From Lama glama (lineage: Eukaryota), in the NCBI GenBank assembly GCA_028534125.1, contig CM052816.1:61506001-61570000 (forward strand): a stretch of DNA of 64,000 bases. The letters run 5' to 3'. Under the pieces are notes generated by a model, which saw only the letters and a program-made list of their open reading frames with translations, did not search any database and had not been told where the DNA came from. Position 1 is the stretch's first letter. The number at the start of each line of letters is the position of its first letter. The position numbers and the translations under genes are program-made. This document shows, in pieces, positions 52,791 to 64,000 of this stretch.

Positions 52791-55700
52791 ATCTTACACT
52801 TAAACTTTTAATCCATTTGAGTTTATTTATTTTTTAAACTTTTTTGGCGTGAGGGGTTATTAGGTTTACTTATTTATTTATTTTTAGAGGAGGCACTGGG
52901 GATTGAACTCAGAACCTTGTGTATGCTAAGCATGCACTCTACCACTTCAGCTATATCCTGCCCGCAAGTTTATTTTTGTATACGGTGTTACAGAATGTTC
53001 TGTTTTCATTCTTTTACATGTAGCTTTCCAGTTTTCCCAGCACTACTTGTTGAAGAGACTGTCTTTTCTACATTGTATATTCTTGCCTCCTTTGTCATAG
53101 ATTAATTGACCACAGGTGTGTGGTTTTGCTTCTGGGCTTTCTATCCTGTTCCATTGGTCAATATGTCTATTTTTGTGCCAGTACCTCACTGTTTTGATTA
53201 CTGTTAGCTTTATAGTATAGTCAGACAGCATAATTCCTCCAGCACTGTCCTTCTTCCTCGAGATTGTTTTGGCTGTTCAGAGTCTTCTATGTTTCTTTAC
53301 AAATTTTTAAAATTATTTGTTCTAGTTCTGTGAGAAATGCCATTGATATTTTGATAGGGATTGCATTGAATTTGTAGTATAGCCTTGGGTAGTATGGTCA
53401 TTTTAACAATATTAATTCTTCCAATCCAAGAATACAGTATGTCTTTCCATCTGTTTGTGTTATCTTCAGTTTCTTTCATCAGTGTCTTATAGTTTTTGGA
53501 GTACAGGTCTTATGCCTCCTTCGGTAGGCATATTCCTCGGTATTTTATTCTTTTTGATGCAATGGTAAATGGGATTGTTTCTTTAATTTCTCTTTATGTT
53601 GCTTCGTTGTTAGTGTATAGAAATGCAACAGATTTCTGTGTATTAATTTTGTATCCTGTAAATTTACCAATTCATTGATGAGCTCTAGTAATTTTCTGGT
53701 GGTGTCTTTAGGAATTTCTATGTATATGCAAACAGTGAGAATTTTATTTCTTCCTTTCAAATTTTGGTTTCCTTTATTTCTTTTCATTCTCTAATTGCTA
53801 TGTCTAGGACATCCAAAATAATGCTGAGTAAAATTGGTGAGAGTGGACATCCTTGTCTTGTTCCTGATCTTAGAGGAAATGTGTTCAGCTTTTTACCATT
53901 GTTATGTTAGCTGTGGGTTTGTTATATATGGCTTTTATTATTTCAAGCTATGTTCCCTCTATGCCCACTTTCAGGAGGGTTTTTATCATAAATGGATGCT
54001 GAATTTTATAAAAAAAATTTTTCTGCATCTATTAAGATGATCATTTGGTTTTTATTCTTCAATTTATTAATATGGCATATAACATTGATTGATTTACAGG
54101 TACTGCAAAATCCTTGCATCCCTGGGATAAATCCCACTTGATAATGGTGTTTGATCTTTTTAATGTGTTGCTGGATTTGGTTTGCTAGTATTTTGTTGAG
54201 GATTTTTGCATCTATGTTCATCCATGATCCTGGCCTATAGTTTTCTATTTTTATGATATCTTTGTCTAGTTTTGGTATCAGAGTAATGCTGGCTTCGTAA
54301 GATGAATTCAGAAGTGTTCCTTTCTCTGCAATTTTTTGAGATAGTTTCAGAAAGATAGGTGTTAACCATTTCCTAAATGTTTGGTAGATTTCACCCATGA
54401 AGCCATCTGGCCCTGGACCTTTGTTTTTTGGGGAGTTTTTAAATTACTGATTCAGTTTCATTACTGGTAATTGGTCTGTTCATTTTCTATTTCTTCCTGG
54501 TTCAGTCTTGGGAGATTGTACTTTTCTAAGAATTTGTCCATTTCTTTTAGGTTGTTCATTTTATTGGTGTATCATGTTTGCAGTAGTAACTTATGATACT
54601 TTGTATTTCTGTGGTGTCAGTTGTAACTTCTCCTTTTTCATTTCTGATTTTATTGATTTGGTCCCTCTCCCTTTTTTTCTTGATGAGTTGAGCTAAAGAT
54701 TTACAAATTTTATTTTTTCAAAGAACCAGCTTTTAATTTCATTGATCTTTTCTTTTTTTGGGGGGTCTCTATTTCATTTATTTCTCCTCTGGTATTTATG
54801 ACTTCTTTCTACTAACTTTGGGTTTTGTTTTTTCTCTTTCTCCAGTTGGGTTGGGTGTAAGGTTAGGTCGTTTATTTGAGATGTTTCTTGTTTCCTGTGT
54901 AAGCTTGTATCACTATAAACTTTCCTCGTGAAACTGCTTGTCCTGTATCCCATAGGTTTTGGATCATTGTGTTTTCATTTTCATTTGTCTCATATTTTTT
55001 AATTTCCTCTTTAATTTCTTCAGTGTTCTATTGGTTGTTTAGTAGCACATTGTTTAAACTCCATGAATTTGCATGTTTATTTTTTTGCAGTTTTTTTTTC
55101 TTGTAGTTGATTTCTAGTCTCATAGTATTGTTGTCAGAAAAGATGTTTGATATGATTTCAATTTTCTTAAATTTACTGAGGCTTGTTTTCTGGCCTGGCA
55201 TGTGATCTATCCTGGAGAGTGTTCCATGTGCGCTTGAAAAGAATGTGCGTTCTATTGCTTTCAGTTAGAATTCTCTACATATATCAATTAAATCCATTTA
55301 GTCTAATGTGTTACTTAAGGCCTGTGCTTCCTTATTGATTTTCTGTCTAGGTGATCTGTCCATTGATGTAAGTGGAGTGTTAAAGTCCCCTACTATTATT
55401 GTGTCCCAACAGTGTACTCCCCTCCAATCAACCAAGCTGTATGCTCTTGGGGTTTCCGCTAAGAGAGCGGCATTGGTCTTTCTGTTGCAGCAGGCTGACT
55501 ATGTTGGTGGTCTGGTAGGTTTCAGTGGCCCCTAGCCCAGTTAGTTGGTTGATAGGCCATGCCTTGTGTGGATGCTGCTGGCTACTGTCTAGTGGGGCCT
55601 GGTCATGAAGCAACTGGCTGCAGAACCCTATGAGACCCAGAGCTAGTGCTGGCTCACTGGTGTGTGGAATCAGGGTCCCAAAGACTCTGGGGCTGTTGCC

Positions 55701-56826
55701 TGCCCACCAGCAGGTAAAGCCAAATCCTAGGGTTAGTGCTGGACTGCTGGCAAGAAGAGCTGGTTCCTAGAGTCTGGCTGCAGGGCCCAGGTATCCCAGA
55801 GCTTGTTTCAGATTACTAGGGTAGAGGTGTTCTTGACATAGCTGTGTTTGGGGCCCAGCTGGTCCAGGGTAGGGTCTTGTGAGCTGTGAGTGGGCTGGAT
55901 TTACAGGCTGTTGTATCACAATTTTCTTGCATCTGTTGTCTGCCCTCTGGTGGGTGAGGCTGGACTAGAGGCTAGTGCAGGCTTCCTGGAGAGCAAGGCT
56001 TATACCTGCCAGCTGGTGAATAGAGCTGGGTCTTAACCGTCTGGTGGGTAGGGTTGTGTCTAGCAGCAGTTGGTGGCTCAGGAAGTCTTTAAGTAGTCTC
56101 TCTGCTGATGTGTGGGGCTGTGTCCCTGCTCATTTAGTTGTTTGGCCTGAGATGTCCTAGCACTGGCACCAACAGGTTGTTGGGTGGGACCAGGTCATGA
56201 TGCTAATGACTCAAGATGGCAGCTGCTGACAGCAGTGTTCACATGGTAGAATGTTCTCAAATATGGCTGCCACCATGTCTGTGTCCCCAGGTTGTGCCAC
56301 AACCACCCCCGACCTCTCCAGGAGACTCTCCATGACTAGTGGATGGGTCTAGCCCAGGCTCCTATCAAATTACTTCTTTTTCCCTGAGTCTTGGTGCATG
56401 TGAGATTTTGTGTGCACACTTTTAGGGTGATGTCTCTATTTCCCTCAGTCCTGTGGGACTTCCCAAATTAAACACTGGCTTGTCTTCAAAGTCAAGCACT
56501 CTGTTGGATTGTCTTCTTGGTATAGGATACCCAGGCTGGGGAGCCTGATGTAAGACTCAGAACTCTGACTTTTCTGGGAGAATCTCTGCAATATAATTAT
56601 TCTCCAGTTTGTGATTTGCTCACTCAGAGGGTATAGGATTTGATTATATCCCGAGTCTGCCCCTCCTACCTGTCTCATTGTTGTTCCTTCTTTATGTCTT
56701 TAGGTGTAGAAGGTCTTTTCTGGTATGTTCCTGTCTTTTATATCACTGGTTGTTCTGCAGATGACTATGATATTGGTGTGCTCATGAGAGGAAGTGAACT
56801 CAGGGTCTTTCTACTCCACCATCTTG
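52791..56826 (-). mobile_element. LINE-1 lacking ORF1 and its 3' end: 5'UTR fused to ORF2
   Basis: ORF 54006-54398 is the L1 RT N-terminus ([46 protein letters not shown]). Endonuclease sequence ends near 55404 and GC-rich 5'UTR occupies 55405-56826, starting with YY1-like caagatggtgg on the minus strand (56816-56826). Confidence 0.9.
52829..52965 (-). mobile_element. tRNA-Ala-derived SINE (vic-1 type) inserted into L1 ORF2
   Basis: gggattgaactcagaaccttgtgtatgctaagcatgcactctaccacttcagctata. TSD agtttattt (52820-52828 / 52967-52975). Confidence 0.9.
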
Positions 56827-56894
56827 TCTGCTCCCCTCCCAATTTTCCATCTCTTGGTCAGTTGCTTCAAGACCATCTTCTAAATCACACAGTT

Positions 56895-57510
56895 TTTTTT
56901 TTTTTTTTGTATTCTTCTTTTCTTCATTTTATTGAGATATAATTGACATATAGCATTGTATAAGTTTAAGTTATACAGCATAATGGTATGACACATACAT
57001 CGTGAAGCAATCATCACAATAGGTTTAATAAATTTCTATCATTTCATATCGGTACAAAATTAAAGAAATAGAAAAATTTTTGTGTGTGATGAGAACTCTT
57101 AGGATTTACTCTCTTAGCAGCTTCCATATATAACATATAGCAGTGTTAATTATATTTATCATGTTGCTACATCCCCTAGTACTTATTTATCTTATAACTG
57201 GAAATTTGTATCTTTTGACCACCTTCATCCAGTTTTCCCTGCCCTTCCCTCTACCTTTGGTAACTACAAATCTGATCTCTTTTTCTATAATTTTGTTTTT
57301 GAAGTGTGATTGACCTCCAATACTATGTTAGTTCCTATTATACAACATAGTTATTTGGTATTTCTATATATCCCAAAATGATCACCACAATAAGTCTTGT
57401 TATGATATGTCACCATACAAAGAGTTTACATAATTATTGACTATATTCTCCATACTGTACATTTCATACCCATTTCAAACTCATTTATTTTGCAGCTGGA
57501 AGTCTACCTG
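56895..57510 (-). mobile_element. LINE-1 3'UTR fragment with a duplicated-looking 3' module
   Basis: Poly-T, then ttttattgagatataattgacatatagcattgtataagtttaag (compare 38224). A second related module starts near 57297. Confidence 0.8.
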
Positions 57511-59859
57511 TAAGCCAAAAAAAAAGGCAAAACTACTAGGCTGAGGTTATGTAGTGTTCATGGTATATCTTTATGAGGGAAAGTAAGAAAAACACAAATT
57601 TTTATATTTAGATATAAAAGAATCAAAACCATTTACCTACAGGACTTTTTGATAATAGGTACAAGTGCCTTTTAGAACTTCAGTAACTTTTACTTATCTT
57701 TTTCTTTGATAAACCTGCTCTTCTTCAAGTATTATTAATTCTACAGAAAAAACTTAAAATATATTCCATTTTGCTTGTTAATTCCAACAGTGTTGTCATA
57801 TACTATTTTCTATTTCAGAGGCACAGATTTAGTCTGTAAAATAGGTTAAATAGGCTTATGTAAGTTATCCTGGACATATAGTAATAATTTATACCATTAT
57901 TTGTGAAGTAAAATGTTTAAAGGTACCCAAAATTAGCTTCAGAACTATAGAACTAAGTCATTGTACAAAGCTGAGTTAACTATCTTATATAATTGGTCTG
58001 AAAGGAAAATTTAATTGCTGAGTTTTAGAACAAAGTATTCTTTATATATTCAGATACATGTAATTAACTATATAAAGATTTTCTTTTAAAATGTTTTACT
58101 TTGAAATATTCTGTGTGTGTGTCTATGTGTGTGTGTATTGTAACAGACATCCAAGTGCACACCATTCAGATTTAACAAATGTTACTATTGTTCCATTTTT
58201 ATTTCATACCTTTTATTATTGTTATTTTCAAAGATTCCCTGTGTGAGGACATGTTGCTTTAATTACTTTAGTTTTATAACAGATATTGAGGTTATCCCCT
58301 CCTTCTTCAACACCCTCTTGGTTTTTTCCTGAGCCTTTACTTTCCTATGTTAATTTTGGAATCTTAATGTCAGTTTCCATAAAAAATATCTGATAGAGTT
58401 TTAATTAGCCTTTATATTAAAATAGCATTGATAAGTTAACAGGCAATTTTTATAATTCCTGATTGTTTCTCCATGCACTGAATGAACATCTGTACTCACA
58501 TGAGGTGAAGTCAAGAACCTTGGTTGAGCTTTGGAGAGAAGGACCATCCAGGAAGTACTATGCCCCACAGAAGAGAAACTTTGCTGGATAGGGTGGGTGA
58601 TGAAATCAGGCCAAATGAATAGAGTGCCTTTTTTCCCCGTCTAATGACATAGTTGCAGTTGTTAAGATTCTGTGTTATTTAAAATTATATTTAAAAATAT
58701 TATTTGCATATGAAAAAATTGATTAGAAACCAGATTTTCAACTCATTATTTCAAAATCATTTTTCCTACAGAAATTAAACTACTGAAGTTTTTGATCAAG
58801 CCTGACAAACAAACCTAATCACATCAACTTTTTCCTTTTAACAACACACCATAGCTATTGTCTTTTCTGTCTCATTGGCCTTGACCTTATATTTCTGCTG
58901 AGAGCACAATGCTTAAGCATCAGTAGTTCTTAACAAAAGCACACAAAACCATGGGTAAAATAACACTTGAATAAAGCAACTCGAATAAATCAACTATGTG
59001 TTCCTATGCTACAGTCATAAGCTTTTATTTTCTAAATTGGACTAGTTCCCAATACACCCTGCTGTATAACCAACAGGAGTCTATTTAAATTATGGTAACT
59101 AATTAAGCACATTATATCCAACTCATGTTGTGAGAACTTTACTAGTTTAGTCTGCCAGCAGTGTTTAGATAAAAATTCAGTCAGAAAATTGTCAATATCA
59201 GGGAAGTCCTGTGGATTTCTATAAGTATGTATCGCAGAGGGTGAAGCATAAGGCAACCTGAGTTACATACCTAGGGCTTTAATACCCCGAAGCCAAATTA
59301 AATCCCTCCTCAAAAAGAATTGGAATACTGGTCAGGGTCTCAGAATTTCAGGAGCAGATGAAATAAACAAGGATCTCAGGTGTAAGATAGTGTTTTTTTC
59401 CACAAGAAACAGGACCAGAGCCCAACAACTACAGTTACCTAAAAAACTGGAACTGAACTGGACAACATGCCATATTTGATGCTGTTCCACAAGTCTATTG
59501 GCTTCAATCTCTTTAAATTCTCAGTGAATAAAATGGATCCCAGAACCCATAAGCAGAGTTGAGCATTCCTGTACTTATGAGTTACATATCTCTAGTTACA
59601 GTCATTGCAAGAAGTGCAGAAAAAAAGTGAAGTTCATTGTGGTGAATATGGAGTGTCAAATTCTATGTAGTCCATGCTTAATCAGAGAATGTTTATTAGA
59701 TCTGCATTTTAACCTTGTGAGTCTCCTCAGTTTATGTGAGTTAAATGTCAGCTGTAGATTTTTCGTTCACTAAGCCTCTAAGTCATCATCCCCAATTATT
59801 AAACTCTGATCATATGCTTAGGATTGTGAACCAAACAAAATATTAAAAAATACTTTCTG

Positions 59860-62170
59860 CTTGGTGAAGTAACATGTGAAAATGGATCCCTGTGTCAAGC
59901 CATACATAACCTTAGGATTTATTATTAACAGTCACTTTGGAAGACAGTTTGACATTTTCTTATAAAACTAAATATACTTTTACCATAGGACCCAACAATA
60001 CCTAAATGTGAAAATCAAACTATTAAAGGTTTTAGAACACATTGTAGAGGTAAATCCCCATGACCTTGGGGTAAAGAAGGATTTTTTTTAAAACAAGACA
60101 TAAAGATCACTAATCATGAAGTATATGATTAGCAAATTTAACTACATTAAAATTGTAAACTTAATCAAAAGATACCTTAAAATGAGAAGATAGGACACAG
60201 CATAGGAAAAGATGTTTGCAGCTGATATAGTTGATATAAGGAATTCTTACCACATAAAATGTACAAGGTACTTGAACATTTTACAAAGGAAGAAATCCGA
60301 ATGGTCGATATATGTATATATATAAAGATATTCAACCTGATTAACAATCAGGAAAATGTAAATTATATCCATCATGCTTAGTCTGACAATACCAAATATT
60401 GGTGAAAATGTGATACAACTGGAATTCTTATAATACAGGTGAGATTGGTGCAACCACTTTGAAATCTGTTAGATATTATCTAGTAAAGTTGAAATTTTAT
60501 ATAACTCATGACCCAATAATTTATTTTCTACATATATCCTAGAGCAGTGATTCTCAAATTGTGGTCAATAGACCCTGGGATTCTCAAAGAACTTTCAGAT
60601 TAAAACTATTTTCATAATAATACTAAGACTTAACTTGCCTTAAAAAGAAAACTGTTGATGTTTATACTGATTGTGCAAAAGCAATGATGGGTATGTACTG
60701 GCACTTTAGCATGAGTCAAGGCAACCATACTAATAGTCGTATTTTTCCCCATCTTGCCAGTTTCACTTAAGAATGATGAAGCAGAAAGATTATTGACTTT
60801 ATTGAATCATGATCCTTAAGTACATCTTTTATCAAATCATCTATATTACAAAATGGAAAGTATGTAAAGCACTTTTCGCTCCATATCTTAGTCTGATGGT
60901 TGTCATAATGAAAAACACTTGTACAATTGTTTGAAATGAACTAGCTGCTTTACTCCTGGAACACACTTTTTATTTAAAAGAACAAACGAGAATCTATGGG
61001 TAGTTGACAGAAATACACTTGAAAAGTGAACAGATGAGCTTATTATTCAAGGAAAACAACTGACACTGTATATTGCCAGTGACTAAACTGGAACTTGTGA
61101 GCAGAAGTTCAAATTTAGGAAAAGTTCTGTCAGTATGAGCTTGACAGTTTCCTCATACTTAAAGATTTTTCCAATGAGATTGGTGATACTAATGAAATGG
61201 GACAACAAAAGATCATTGATAATGGTTTCAGAACCCACACTGCAGCTAAACTTTTAAAAATAAACTACTAGTTGTCAAGTTTTATTGTAGTATTAAAAAA
61301 TTTACAATTATCTGAAAGGGCTGTGAAAATACTCTTGCCTTTTCCAACTGTATATGAGTGTGACTCCATATTTTCATCATATACTTTAATCAAAACAAAA
61401 ACCACCCTAGATTGAATGAAAAAGCAGGTATGAGACTCTAGCTGTCTTCTAGTAAGCCAGAAACTAAAGAGATTAGCAAAAATATAATTAAACAATATTA
61501 CTCTTCTCACTGACATTGTTTTATTTCTGAAGATTTTGAAAATTTAAATGGTTATTTATGGGTTTATTATTACTTTAAAAGAATTAATAACTATTTTTAA
61601 GTTTTCTCAATTTTAATTTTTAATATGATAAATATCACTACATACAGCCTCGTAAACAAAAGTTCTTTGGGGTCATCAATATTTTTAAGAGTGAAAAGGA
61701 TCCTGAAACCAAAAGTTTTAGAAACTGTTCTAGAGATACTCATATATATATGACTATGAGTTATGTTTAAAAATGCTTATAGCAGCATTGTCCGTAGTTG
61801 CCCCCTACTAGGAGCCACCCCCAAATCTTTCATCACAGAATAGATAATTAAATGGTATGTATATGAGGAAACCTATATAGCAGTGAAGATGGGTTATGTA
61901 TATAGCTAGACAGCTCAGCACAGATAACAGTTTCTAACAAGTTGTTGAATAAAGGAAGCAAGTTTTCAAAGACTGTATACAATGTGATTCCACTTTTATA
62001 GATTTCAACATCAGGTAATATAGAGGTTTGGAGGTGCATAGGGAATGATTACCACAGAAATCAGGATAGTGGTTCTCAGAAGAGGAAGAATATAATTGTT
62101 AAGGCAAATATAAGAGGCAAGGCTTTATTCTGAAAATGTTCTATTTCTTAAGTTGGTAGAGATAACAGTT
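59860..62170 (+). mobile_element. Old L1M 3' portion split by Charlie1a
   Basis: cctaaatgtgaaaatcaaactattaaagg..tgaccttggggta..ttggtgcaaccactttgaaa..atgacccaataat before the transposon, resuming after it (atgcttatagcagcattgtccgtagttgcccc). Confidence 0.75.
60545..61727 (+). mobile_element. Charlie1a-like hAT DNA transposon (internally deleted)
   Basis: Termini cagtgattctcaaa...ttttagaaactg. 8-bp TSD tcctagag (60537-60544) / ttctagag (61728-61735) fits the NTCTAGAN target. Contains aaaactattttcataataatactaagac and decayed transposase sequence. Confidence 0.9.
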
Positions 62171-62184
62171 TTTATTTCCTTCTA

Positions 62185-63060
62185 ATTTTCTTATAGCAGT
62201 TTTTGTAAGAATGATTCATACGGCCTCTATTTCTTGAGTTCTTGTTCAAATGATTTTATACTCAGTTTTGGCTGGATGCACAAATCTTCCTAGGCACTAC
62301 TTCATGGTATGTTGGTATTAAATATCACCATAGAGAAATCTGAGGTTAATCCAATTGTTTTACTATTACAGGTAATTTGTTCTTTTGCCCTGATTCCCCA
62401 GAATATATTTTATTTTTGATGTCCAGTAAGTTTACTAGGATTTGGCTCAGGGTGGATTCATCTGTGTCAGTCTTTCCTAGGACATAGAATAGTTCACATT
62501 TCATAAGATTTTAGCAGTTTTTATTTCCTACTACTTTTCTTGTATTTTTTAAACCACTTTACTTTCTGTTTATTATTTTGATTCTTCTCTTTGGGGACAA
62601 CAGTGATCCATATATTGGATTCCTTTGATCCTTTTAAACTCCTTGTCCAATTTCATTTTGCTTGCTCTTTTCATTTGTGAGGAATGTTTTTAGCAGTTAC
62701 CCTTTTTTTTTCTTTCTTTTGCTACCTGAGCATGGCCTTTCTCCTGTGATGGTTTTATTCCCCCTTGCCTCCACCCTCCAAGGGATTTCCTCACAGTTCA
62801 TGTTTTCATCTCTTCCCTGATTACTTGTATCTCTGCACTGAATTCTCATTTTTATAAAGTGATGGTTTCATCAAGTTTGTTCAACTTCATTTTTGTCCAA
62901 TTATTATCTTTCCTGTAGCAACATTTTTTCCACTGAGTGCCCCTCATTCTAGTTGTATTTTCCTATTCTTTAAAAAAAAATCATTTAATACATTAATAGA
63001 TGCACCTCTTATTCCTTTTGAATCACATGTCTTTGAATGAGTTTGATTTTTCTAGGTGAA
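62185..63060 (-). mobile_element. HAL1/old L1 ORF1-like remnant
   Basis: gttttggctggat..agagaaatctgaggttaatc..tacaggtaatttgttctttt resembles antisense HAL1/L1M ORF1. Confidence 0.5.
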
Positions 63061-64000
63061 CTGCTTGTTAGAAGGTTTATGTTGGGTAGGGGCCAGAACT
63101 ACTTTCTCAGCAGATATTTGTTAGTGATATACAGTATTGTATGTGATTCAAATTCAAATTCTTTAACACTACTGTATCTCTTTAAAAAGTACTGATAAGG
63201 TACAATCTCTCTTTCACCTTTCCTCACTGACAGACTGATTCCTACAAATATGGTTTGTATGGCTCCCCAGTTAGGCCAATCTACTCTTCTTCTGACAATT
63301 ATAATAAGAGTGTATATTTCAACAGTTTTTGCACCCTTACTCTGTAGGAAACTACTGTTGATTTTGTTCCTCAGATTGTTGCACTTAGCTTTGGAGAACA
63401 TGCTTGGCTTGTTTTAGCTTTAGATCAGTTACTGTTGTCCCCTCTGTGTCTTTCTGCATTCCTCTCTGAGTTTTCCGTATTCAGCCATCCTCCCACATAT
63501 ATTATGATATTGTGGTTTATAGTTTTAGAAGTTTCCTACCTTTCAGTAAATATAGATTTTGAATTTCTGTTTCTTATTTTTCTTACTGCTTTTTGGTGAT
63601 GTCTTAGAGCAAAAAGGGGGAGAACTTTTTACTGAATAACATAGAAATAAGAATATCCTTTAAACTTTTGAGATAGAATCAGAAATACTAAGATATGAGA
63701 AAGGAATCTCTGGTCTTTTACTTGTATCCACTGTGAGGTTCAGTTGAAAATCTTCAACTTACAATTTATCTTCCAGGAAAGAAACAAAACAAAAAGCTTA
63801 CTTTGTTTTAATAGTTATTTATTTTTGAAATTTTGGGCTTCATTTCCTGAAAAATTAAGACTAATTTTGAAGCCTTTAGGATTACTTAGCTTTCCATAAT
63901 TCGGTATGAAATCCTAATCAACTACAAACTTCTCACTGGATTTGAGATTTGATTTTACACTACTTTTAAGCTAACAAGTTAGCCTATTACTTTTGCATGG

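Noticed and set aside
54006..54398. 130-aa reverse-transcriptase-like ORF as part of a novel RT system (also the 142-aa ORF at 48385-48813)
   Set aside because: These are frameshifted fragments of LINE-1 ORF2 within recognisable L1 bodies.
63895..63917. cataa-ttcggtatgaaa resembles the start of the next ADAMTS6 exon (FGMNHD)
   Set aside because: It reads FGMKS-stop and has no adjacent AG acceptor. The real next exon must lie beyond the window.

Overview
AT-rich mammalian genomic DNA, very probably from a camelid, since it carries four copies of a tRNA-Ala-derived vic-1-type SINE. The whole window lies inside ADAMTS6, transcribed on the + strand. It contains only two coding exons, 44 nt (29182-29225) and 106 nt (33389-33494). 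They encode part of the metalloprotease domain up to the first half of the zinc-binding motif (HEIGH-N) and probably correspond to human exons 8 and 9 (numbering from memory). The rest is intron filled with decayed transposable elements: LINE-1 of several ages (mostly antisense, often nested), L2, MIR, CR1/L3, an MLT1A-type LTR, a Charlie1a hAT transposon and a HAL1-like element. Most listed ORFs are L1 remnants or chance. I see no demonstrably new biological system. The best testable idea is that the two exons form a 150-nt frame-symmetric module between very long introns with inverted repeats, so it could be skipped in frame or circularised into a stop-free circle. Repeat family names come from recalled consensus sequences, and repeat boundaries are approximate unless target-site duplications (TSDs) are given.
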